Part shown: piece after piece, positions 40,902 to 48,829 of the stretch | How positions within the stretch are numbered: position 1 is the stretch's first letter | Layout: every line of letters begins with the position of its first letter | DNA from: Erysipelotrichaceae bacterium | GTDB taxonomy: Bacteria; Bacillota_I; Bacilli_A; RFN20; CAG-826 | Length of the DNA: 53,316 bases | Reading direction: 5' to 3' | Assembly: GCA_022777645.1 (NCBI GenBank) | Contig: JALFFX010000059.1 | Span: 1-53,316, forward strand | Made by a program: the position numbers and the translations under genes | Notes under the pieces: generated by a model | Database searches by the model: none | What the model was told of the DNA's origin: nothing | Seen by the model: only the letters and a program-made list of their open reading frames with translations

Positions 40902-41489
40902 TTATTTCATCCATTCAGCTGAAATTGAAATTTTGTAATCAAATGAATCGGATTCACTGTTGAAATAGATATGTGTAGATGCACCAGAAAGTGTCATATC
41001 AGCATTTGTCTTATATTCAACGTCAGAGTACATAGTAAGTGCTGATTCTCCAACTGCAAATGAAGTTGCAATTGATACATTTATTGAAAGCGCATCACCA
41101 TCTAAATAGAATTTTGCATAAGAATCTAAGCCCACATCAGGGGTTTTGAGTTCTGCGAGCATCTCATCAATTAAATCTTCGCTAAGGCGATAAATAGCAA
41201 TTTCGCTGGCATTTGTAGCGAATGTAAGTTCTAAAGTGGTTTCAGTTCCTTCAACACCATTAATATTTTCATATGTTGTTTGCATGGCTGAACCAAATGT
41301 ACCAGTTCCTTTAAGTGTTTCAACTTTGGATGTAACTTTGACACCAGTATAAACAGTTGAAATATCTGGTGTTTTTTCGTTTGCTTTTCTGACAGCAGCT
41401 TTTGCTTCATCAGCTGTAACTTCTTTAGCGCAGCCAGCAAGCAAACAAATGCTTGATAAACATAATAATGTCTTTGTGATTTTCTTCAT
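40902..41489 (-). CDS. Tandem-array lipoprotein, copy 2
   Basis: Lipobox LLAGC; same framework motifs (PDISTVYTGVK, KFYLDGDALS, ISAEWMK). Confidence 0.9.
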   Translation of the reverse strand: MKKITKTLLCLSSICLLAGCAKEVTADEAKAAVRKANEKTPDISTVYTGVKVTSKVETLKGTGTFGSAMQTTYENINGVEGTETTLELTFATNASEIAIYRLSEDLIDEMLAELKTPDVGLDSYAKFYLDGDALSINVSIATSFAVGESALTMYSDVEYKTNADMTLSGASTHIYFNSESDSFDYKISISAEWMK

Positions 41490-41655
41490 ATGAGTAAAAT
41501 CCTCCCTTGTTTATTAAATTATTGCACACGAAAAAATCTACATGCAAGAATTTATAAATATTAATAGGATGACTACTTTTTTTATTTTTAAATAGTCTTA
41601 ATTTATAACAAAAAAGGTAGCGAACATTCGCTACCAAATTGTTAATCTAAATAAC

Positions 41656-42243
41656 TTATTTCATCCATTCAGCTGAAATTACATATTTCAATTCAAATGA
41701 ATCAGAATTACTGTTGAAATGTACATGTGTAGATGAACTAGCAAGTGTCATATCAACATTTGTTTTATATTCACCTTCATAGTATAAAGTTAATGATGAT
41801 CCTCCAGCTGAAATTGATGTAGCGAGTGATGTTTTAACTGAAAGCGCATCACCATCTAAATAGAATTTAACATAAGAATTTGAGCCTTCCATGGCATCAT
41901 CAAGATCTGAGAGCAAACCATCAATTAAACTTTCATTAACGCGATATTCAGCAATTTCGCTGGCAGATGTAGTGAATGTAAGTTCTACAGAGTTTTCTGT
42001 TCCTTCAACACCATAAATCTTTTCATATTGTGACTTCAGGGTTGAGCCAAATGTGCCAGTTCCTTTAAGTGTATCAACTTTAGTTGTGAGTTTGACACCA
42101 GTATAAACAGTTGAAATATCTGGTGTTTTTTCGTTTGCTTTTTTGATGGCAGCTTTAGCTTCATCGGCTGTGACTTCTTTAGCACAACCAGCAAGCAAAC
42201 ATACGCTTGATAAGCATAATAATGTTTTTGTGATTTTCTTCAT
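41656..42243 (-). CDS. Tandem-array lipoprotein, copy 3
   Basis: Same lipobox and framework motifs as copies 1 and 2. Confidence 0.9.
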   Translation of the reverse strand: MKKITKTLLCLSSVCLLAGCAKEVTADEAKAAIKKANEKTPDISTVYTGVKLTTKVDTLKGTGTFGSTLKSQYEKIYGVEGTENSVELTFTTSASEIAEYRVNESLIDGLLSDLDDAMEGSNSYVKFYLDGDALSVKTSLATSISAGGSSLTLYYEGEYKTNVDMTLASSSTHVHFNSNSDSFELKYVISAEWMK

Positions 42244-42399
42244 ATGAGCAAAATCCTCCCTAATTTATTTAATTATTGCACATAGGAAAAATTTTATAAA
42301 TATTCATTAATAAATTTTCAACTTTTTTTATACAAAGAGAATTGTTTTATAACAAAAAAGGTAGCGAATATTCGCTACCAAATTGTTAATATAATTAAC

Positions 42400-42978
42400 T
42401 TATTTCATCCATTCAGCTGAAATTACATATTTAAAATCCAATGATTCAGATTCAGCATTGAAATACATACGTGAAGACATGCTGGCAAGTGTCATATCGG
42501 CATTTATTTTATATTCAACGTCTGTGTACATAGTTAATGTTGTTGTTCCAGTTGATCTTGATGCAGCAATTGATGATTTAATTGAAAGTGCATCACCATC
42601 TAAATAGAATTTAACATAAGAATCATTTTTGCCTTCTACATTTGAGACCATATAATCAATTGAACCTTCGTCCATGCGATATTCAGCAATTTCGCTGGCA
42701 GATGTAGCGAATGTATATTCTACAGAGGTTTCAGTTCCTTCAACACCATACATTTTTTCAGCTGATGCTTTCATGGCTTCACCAAATGTACCAGTTCCTT
42801 GAAGTGTTTCAACTTTGAACGTGAGTTTGACACCGGTATAAACAGTCGAGATATCTGGTGTTTTTTCGTTTGCTTTTTTGATGGCAGCTTTAGCTTCATC
42901 GGCTGTAACTTCTCTTGCACAGCCAGCAAGCAAACATACGCTTGATAAGCATAATAATGTTTTTGTGATTTTCTTCAT
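42400..42978 (-). CDS. Tandem-array lipoprotein, copy 4
   Basis: Same lipobox and framework motifs; 3 aa shorter in the variable central segment. Confidence 0.9.
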   Translation of the reverse strand: MKKITKTLLCLSSVCLLAGCAREVTADEAKAAIKKANEKTPDISTVYTGVKLTFKVETLQGTGTFGEAMKASAEKMYGVEGTETSVEYTFATSASEIAEYRMDEGSIDYMVSNVEGKNDSYVKFYLDGDALSIKSSIAASRSTGTTTLTMYTDVEYKINADMTLASMSSRMYFNAESESLDFKYVISAEWMK

Positions 42979-43091
42979 ATGAGTAAAATTCTCCCTTGTT
43001 ATTAAAATTATTACATATGAAAAAATCTATATGCAAGAATTTATAAATAACTACAAATAAGATGGCTACTTTTATATTCAAAAAAAATTTT

Positions 43092-44015
43092 TTATAATTT
43101 ATGTAATTTTGTTTTTGATAAAACCAAAATCACTTTTGGATCATCATATTCTTTGTATAGATATTCTTCAATATCGATAAAGCGTCGATGAAGTTCTTCA
43201 CTTTTCATCACCACTTTTGGATAAAGGCAAACATATATCGCGCCTTCATGATCGCTATAAGAATAATAAACATCATAATATTTAAATTCAGGGAAAGAAG
43301 AAACAAGTTTCTTTAATATTTCTTGCTCTTCATCGACATCGCGTCTTTTGTCTACTAATACCTTGATTTGATATATGATTTCTCTTATTGGCGAGATTGC
43401 ATAAATAAGCGACAAAATAATCGTGACAATAGAGTCGATATAATCTTTAAGTGGGTTTAAGAAATCAACAAATGTGAAAAGAAGAAGCGATGATGTTGCA
43501 AACAAAGTGACAAGACCATCATAAATCGATGCTTTGATTTCGAGTTTTATGATTTCAGATCCACCATCGATTTTCTTATTACAATATGCGTAAATAATCG
43601 ATATCAAAAAGCAAGAACCAACCATCAATCCAGCATAAATAGACATGTTCAGGTATGAAACATTTAGTTGATCGAAAGCAGCGTTCGTCGCCACGCTTAC
43701 AATCGTGGAAATGCTATTGATAAGTGAAAATACGATGATAAATAGCATTAAAATGCTACGAAAAATTAAAAAGATATTTTCGATTGCCCAACGACCAAGA
43801 GGATATGAACTATCAGCTTCTTTTCGCACTGAATTGCTCACAAATAAAGATATCAAAGTGGACGCAAACAAAATAAAGGAAATAAAAGCATCAAGAAAAA
43901 TGGCTTGTGATTTGCTCCAGAAGAAAAAGCCAATACCCACAAGTGCGCTAAAAGCATTGATGATTAAACCACCAAGCAACGCTCGTTTCTCATAATTGAT
44001 TTCTTTCTTTTCCAT
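43092..44015 (-). CDS. Cation diffusion facilitator (CDF) family transporter
   Basis: SQAIFLDA, YPLGRWAIE, six TM helices and a cytoplasmic C-terminal domain; start set at ATG 44015. Confidence 0.75.
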   Translation of the reverse strand: MEKKEINYEKRALLGGLIINAFSALVGIGFFFWSKSQAIFLDAFISFILFASTLISLFVSNSVRKEADSSYPLGRWAIENIFLIFRSILMLFIIVFSLINSISTIVSVATNAAFDQLNVSYLNMSIYAGLMVGSCFLISIIYAYCNKKIDGGSEIIKLEIKASIYDGLVTLFATSSLLLFTFVDFLNPLKDYIDSIVTIILSLIYAISPIREIIYQIKVLVDKRRDVDEEQEILKKLVSSFPEFKYYDVYYSYSDHEGAIYVCLYPKVVMKSEELHRRFIDIEEYLYKEYDDPKVILVLSKTKLHKL

Positions 44016-44096
44016 AATGGTTATAAAAACAAAAAGCAAACAAACATCTACTTCATTAATGATGTGTTCTTTTTGATTTACTAATTTGATTTTATC

Positions 44097-44128
44097 AAAA
44101 AAAGGGCCGATTTTCAAATCGAGCCCCT
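44097..44128 (-). terminator. Terminator after the fnl operon
   Basis: Minus strand gggctcga-tttgaaaa-tcggccc followed by a T run. Confidence 0.7.
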
Positions 44129-44135
44129 TTTCAAG

Positions 44136-45227
44136 TTAGCAATCTTTCTTATATGTGTCGTGTTTTTTCGGGTTATAAATCTCACTAATCCACATAAGTG
44201 TTGATGAATTTCCTTCACCAATATTTGTGATTTTATGTGTATACATCGGATAGATATGAACAAGGCGAGGTTCATCTCCTTTTGTGATATCAATGCATAT
44301 GTCATCATTAACAATATTTTTTTGAACGATTTCACATTGTCCTTTGACAACATAAAATATTTCATCTTTGTATTTGTGGTAATGACCACCTTTTGTAATA
44401 TTTGGGAAAGAAATATTTTCGCTTATTTGTCCGAATCGTTTTGATTTAAATAATTCTTCAAATGATCCTCTTTCATCGCTTGCAAAATTATATTCATATC
44501 CTTCATCACTTGCAAAATAAAGATAAGTCTTAAAAAGCTTTAATTCAAAATCATTATAAATGTATGGAAGATGTCTTTTTGATTCCACTTCTTGTTTGAA
44601 ATATTTTAACAAAATTGTAAGTCTATCTAGTGAACAAGGAGTTGTTGGTAAAGAAAGAAATTCTTTTTGTCCTTCTTTTTTATTATTCTCTATAAGAGAA
44701 ATAATATCATCACAAACATCATCGACATAAGTGAAATTAATAATCGTACTGCCATCATCGATTTTAATTGGTAAATCATGGGCAATGTTATATGCGAAAG
44801 TGGCGACCACTGTGTTGTAATTTGGTCTAGATCTTGGTCCAAAAATATTGCTTAGGCGATAAATGTAGCAAGGAAGATTGCTCGCTAAAAGATAATCTTC
44901 TGCCATCTTTTTTGATTTGCCATAATCATTATCGAGTTCAGCTTGTATTGAACTTGTCATAATAATTGGCAAAGATAAATTATTGTCCTTTATTAAATCC
45001 ACCAGAGTTTTTGTAAAATCAAAATTGCCTTTATAAAATTCTTCTTTTGTCAAAGGACGATTAATTCCTGCTAAATGAACAACATAATCAGCTTGTTTTA
45101 AAAACGATAACAATTCATCGACTGTATTATCTTTATCAAATTCTAAAACTTCGAAGTTTTTTCTTTTTAATAAAGTAGATAATCTACTACCAATAAAGCC
45201 TTTTGCTCCTAATATTAATATTCTCAT
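44136..45227 (-). CDS. FnlB/CapF/WbjC-type SDR-cupin nucleotide-sugar reductase/epimerase
   Basis: GAKGFIG, HLAGINRP, SSIQA, YGKSK, RPNYNTVVATF, DERGSF, KGGHYH cupin. Confidence 0.9.
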   Translation of the reverse strand: MRILILGAKGFIGSRLSTLLKRKNFEVLEFDKDNTVDELLSFLKQADYVVHLAGINRPLTKEEFYKGNFDFTKTLVDLIKDNNLSLPIIMTSSIQAELDNDYGKSKKMAEDYLLASNLPCYIYRLSNIFGPRSRPNYNTVVATFAYNIAHDLPIKIDDGSTIINFTYVDDVCDDIISLIENNKKEGQKEFLSLPTTPCSLDRLTILLKYFKQEVESKRHLPYIYNDFELKLFKTYLYFASDEGYEYNFASDERGSFEELFKSKRFGQISENISFPNITKGGHYHKYKDEIFYVVKGQCEIVQKNIVNDDICIDITKGDEPRLVHIYPMYTHKITNIGEGNSSTLMWISEIYNPKKHDTYKKDC

Positions 45228-46366
45228 TTTCTCCACACCATTTTATTAACGATATTTGTATATGATTGGATTAATTTTACTATTTTATCGCTGACATTTG
45301 TATCAACATAATCAGGGACTGGGATGCAACCTTTTTTATTTAAAAGGGCAACTTCCACGGCTTGAAGAAGTGATTTTTCATCAATTCCTGCTAAAACAAA
45401 GCAAGCTTTGTCAAGGGCTTCTGGTCTTTCTGTTGATGTGCGAATGCAAACGGCTGCAAGTGGTTTATTAATGCTGGCAAAGAAACTGCTTTCTTCAGGC
45501 AATGTACCAGAATCTGAAATAACGACAAAAGCATTCATTTGCAAATTGTTGTAATCAGTAAATGAAAGCGGCTCATGCATAATAACTCTTTCATCAAGAA
45601 CAAAGCCTGTTTCTATCAATTTCTTTTTGCTGCGTGGGTGGCATGAATAAAGAACTGGCATGTCATATTTTTTTGCAAGGGCGTTAATCGCATTAAATAA
45701 AGAATAAAAGTTTTTATCAGTGTCGATATTTTCTTCTCTATGAGCGCTTAGCAAAATATATTTTCCGCTTTTAAGATTTAGGCGTGTAAGAATATCACTA
45801 TTTTGAATACGAGAAAGATGTCTTGAAAGAACTTCTGCCATTGGAGAACCACTCACATATGTTCTTTCTTTTGGAAGTCCGCATTCTGCTAAATATCTTC
45901 GAGCGTGTTCACTATAAGCGATATTAACATCAGAAATAATGTCGACAATTCGACGATTTGTTTCTTCTGGAAGACATTCATCTTTGCAGCGATTGCCGGC
46001 TTCCATATGGAACAAAGGAATATGAAGTCTTTTCGCGCTTATCGCCGAAAGACATGAATTTGTGTCACCAAGCACTAATAAAGCATCTGGTTGAGTTTCT
46101 TTCATCACTTCATAAGATTTAGCGATAATATTGCCCATTGTTTCGCCTAAATCTTTCCCAACAGCGTTTAAATATATATCCGGATTATCTAAAGATAAAT
46201 CTTTGAAAAATATCTCGTTTAAAGTGTAATCATAATTTTGACCAGTATGAACTAATAATGTGTCAAAATAAATACGACATTTTCTAATAACTTCAGATAA
46301 ACGGATGATTTCAGGACGAGTCCCAACAATAATCATTAGTTTCAATTTGCCATTATTTTTAAACAT
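45224..46366 (-). CDS. FnlC/CapG/WbjD-type UDP-HexNAc 2-epimerase
   Basis: VGTRPEIIRLS, HTGQNYD, LGDTNS, HMEAGNR, SAHREEN, SDSGT, TERPE. Confidence 0.93.
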   Translation of the reverse strand: MFKNNGKLKLMIIVGTRPEIIRLSEVIRKCRIYFDTLLVHTGQNYDYTLNEIFFKDLSLDNPDIYLNAVGKDLGETMGNIIAKSYEVMKETQPDALLVLGDTNSCLSAISAKRLHIPLFHMEAGNRCKDECLPEETNRRIVDIISDVNIAYSEHARRYLAECGLPKERTYVSGSPMAEVLSRHLSRIQNSDILTRLNLKSGKYILLSAHREENIDTDKNFYSLFNAINALAKKYDMPVLYSCHPRSKKKLIETGFVLDERVIMHEPLSFTDYNNLQMNAFVVISDSGTLPEESSFFASINKPLAAVCIRTSTERPEALDKACFVLAGIDEKSLLQAVEVALLNKKGCIPVPDYVDTNVSDKIVKLIQSYTNIVNKMVWRK

Positions 46367-46377
46367 TGTTTTGCCTC

Positions 46378-47571
46378 CTAGTCGTGTTGACGAACTGGAC
46401 CACCAAATAGTTCGAGTTTTTTAAGCAATTTTTTCATACCTTCGACATCAAGTCTTGCGGTGTTATGAGATGTATAACTTTCCCCAAGGTTTAATTTCTT
46501 GTTTCCTTTGGAGAAATATTTATCATAATTTAAATCGCGATTATCAGCCTTGATGCAAAAGAAGTTGCCAAGATCAACACTTTTAAGCATTTCCTCTTGT
46601 GTTACAAGAGTTTCATATAATTTTTCACCATGGCGAGTGCCGATATAAGAAATACCGGTTTTGCTATTTGTTAATTCAATGACTGCTTTTGCTAAAACAT
46701 CAATGGTTGCAGCCGGCGCTTTTTGAACGAACAAATCACCTTGTTCACCATGTTCAAAAGCATATAAAACAAGATCAACCGCATCATCAAGAGTCATCAT
46801 GAATCTTGTCATGTCTGGATTTGTAATGGTAATTGGTTTTCCTTCTTTAATTTGGTTTAAAAACAAAGGAATAACGCTTCCGCGGCTCGCCATAACATTG
46901 CCATAACGAGTAAGGCATAATACGGTGTCCCCTGCTAATAATTGACGGCTTCTCGCAATGACATTTTTCTCCATCAACGCTTTTGATATCCCCATTGCGT
47001 TAATTGGATATGCTGCTTTATCTGTGGATAAGAAAATAGCTTTTTTAACATGATTTCTAACGCAGGCAGTGATGACGTTATCACTTCCTATGACATTAGT
47101 TCTCACCGCTTCCATTGGATAAAATTCACATGATGGAACTTGCTTTAATGCCGCAGCAGAAAAAACATAATCAACACCTCTAAAGGCATCAATAATTGAA
47201 TCGAGATTGCGAACATCACCAATATAAAATTTTAGTTTTTCGGAGTTGTATGCCTTACGCATATCATCTTGCTTCTTTTCATCACGTGATAAAATTCTAA
47301 TTTCTTTAATATCCGTGTTTAAGAAGCGATCCACCACTGCGTGACCAAAACTTCCAGTTCCACCAGTAATTAATAAAATCTTGTCTTTGAGAATAGATGT
47401 ATCTTTCGCCATATATTCCATAAGTTTTTCTTTGATTCTTTCAAGTTTTAATTTATCGACTTTATTTTCGTCTTTTTCATATAAAAAGTATGTGCGAAGA
47501 GGCATACCAACAATTTTTGATGCTTCCGCTTGAGTTAATTTGCAATTTATGCGTAATTGTTTGAGTTCCAT
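46378..47571 (-). CDS. XRE-HTH fused to FnlA/CapE/WbjB UDP-GlcNAc 4,6-dehydratase
   Basis: Start at ATG 47571 after AAGGAG; N-terminal LKQLRINCKLTQAEASKIVGMPLRTYFLYEK; then ITGGTGSFG, SRDEKKQ, AALKQVPSCE, STDKA, RYGNVMASRGSVIP. Confidence 0.9.
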   Translation of the reverse strand: MELKQLRINCKLTQAEASKIVGMPLRTYFLYEKDENKVDKLKLERIKEKLMEYMAKDTSILKDKILLITGGTGSFGHAVVDRFLNTDIKEIRILSRDEKKQDDMRKAYNSEKLKFYIGDVRNLDSIIDAFRGVDYVFSAAALKQVPSCEFYPMEAVRTNVIGSDNVITACVRNHVKKAIFLSTDKAAYPINAMGISKALMEKNVIARSRQLLAGDTVLCLTRYGNVMASRGSVIPLFLNQIKEGKPITITNPDMTRFMMTLDDAVDLVLYAFEHGEQGDLFVQKAPAATIDVLAKAVIELTNSKTGISYIGTRHGEKLYETLVTQEEMLKSVDLGNFFCIKADNRDLNYDKYFSKGNKKLNLGESYTSHNTARLDVEGMKKLLKKLELFGGPVRQHD

Positions 47572-47592
47572 AAAACACTCCTTGATAACTAA

Positions 47593-47621
47593 ATAATATT
47601 TTAATTCATTAATAACTTCAA
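47593..47621 (-). promoter_or_regulatory. Candidate promoter of the HTH-fnlABC operon
   Basis: Minus strand TTGAAG (47621-47616), 17 nt, TATTAT (47598-47593). Confidence 0.5.
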
Positions 47622-47797
47622 TATAAATATGCAATTTTTGCATTTTTTGCATAATATTGCTTCCAATCTAAAATTGCAAAATACAACGAATAATCGACAA
47701 AATAAACTTTCATAGTTTACAAAATAATTTAATTCTCGTATTATTTTAATGACTTCTATGAAGACAAATTTTTTTATCCGGGGTTTTTAATAATATT

Positions 47798-48829
47798 ATG
47801 AAATATCTTTCTTTTGTTGTGCCCTCTTATAATGCATCAAAATATTTAGATAAAGTTATCCCATCTTTGTTAGTGGGTGGAGATGATGTTGAAATCATCG
47901 TTGTCAATGATGGTTCAAAAGACAATACTTTAGAAATTGCTAAACGTTATGAAGAACTTTATCCAAATATTGTTAAAGCAATTGATAAAGAAAATGGAGG
48001 ACATGGCTCCACCATTAACAAGGCACTTGAAATTGCGACAGGCTTATATTTTAAATGTGTTGACGCTGATGACTGGCTTGAAGAAAATGCTTTAAAAACT
48101 TTATTAGCGAAAATCAAATATCATCACGAAAAAAATACACTACCTGACTTATATTTAACCAATTTTGTTTATGAACATGTCGAAGAAGGCATATCAAATG
48201 TTTCTTCTTTGAGAAAATATATGCCAAAAGATGAATCGATATTTGGCTGGAAGGACATCAAGAAATTTAACGCAGTTGATTTCTTTATGATGCATTCATT
48301 TGTTTATAAACTCGATGTTTTGAAAAAATCAAAACTTCATTTATTAGAACATACATTTTATGTTGATAATATTTTTGTTTATCAACCTCTTTATTTTGTG
48401 AACACAATTTGTTTCCTTGATATTGATTTATATCGTTATTTTATTGGTCGTGCAGATCAATCGGTATCAAAGACAAGCATCAATAAAAACTATATGCATC
48501 AACTCAGATGTTTTGAATATGTGATGAATTTATATTCTGAAGATGACTTTAAAAAACTCACCAAAAAACATCGTTATTTCATGATTAGAACTTTTGCAAA
48601 TATATATGGGCTAACTCAATATTATGTCACCTTCGGTGATTACAAAGAAAAATACGCCAAATACAAAGAGATTGAAAAGCGCTTTAAAGCCGAGAATAAG
48701 TCTTTATATAAGACTCTTACTCGCAAAACAATTTTTGCATTTTATCATTTCGCCCCATTCTTTATTAAGAAGATTATTATCAAAGGAAGCGAATCGATAA
48801 TAAATAAAAGAACAGGATGGTTACAATAA
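47798..48829 (+). CDS. GT2 glycosyltransferase
   Basis: VVPSYN, VNDGSKD, NGGHGS, VDADD (DXD), YRYFIGRADQSV. Confidence 0.92.
   Translation: MKYLSFVVPSYNASKYLDKVIPSLLVGGDDVEIIVVNDGSKDNTLEIAKRYEELYPNIVKAIDKENGGHGSTINKALEIATGLYFKCVDADDWLEENALKTLLAKIKYHHEKNTLPDLYLTNFVYEHVEEGISNVSSLRKYMPKDESIFGWKDIKKFNAVDFFMMHSFVYKLDVLKKSKLHLLEHTFYVDNIFVYQPLYFVNTICFLDIDLYRYFIGRADQSVSKTSINKNYMHQLRCFEYVMNLYSEDDFKKLTKKHRYFMIRTFANIYGLTQYYVTFGDYKEKYAKYKEIEKRFKAENKSLYKTLTRKTIFAFYHFAPFFIKKIIIKGSESIINKRTGWLQ

Larger units (their letters stand above)
40110..43090 (-). repeat. Four tandem ~740-750 bp units, each with upstream region, lipoprotein gene and terminator
   Basis: Gene ends at 40164, 40902, 41656 and 42400 (spacing 738, 754, 744); each has a ggtagc...gctacc hairpin at about 40124, 40862, 41616 and 42360. 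Confidence 0.95.

Noticed and set aside
41231-43081. Small alternative-frame ORFs in the lipoprotein array (41231-41440, 41425-41637, 42896-43081)
   Set aside because: They are shadows of the duplicated units, overlap real genes and terminators, and are not preserved in all copies.
40110-43090. Array as a DGR or invertible shufflon
   Set aside because: There is no reverse transcriptase or recombinase, all copies face the same way and are complete genes, and variation is not confined to one short region.
15592-47652. Long N-terminal extensions on nth, hup, cmk, ribU, sufS, the CDF and fnlA in the ORF track
   Set aside because: These come from choosing the first possible start; downstream starts fit SD position or stop-start coupling better. 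The fnlA HTH is retained because its start has a good SD.
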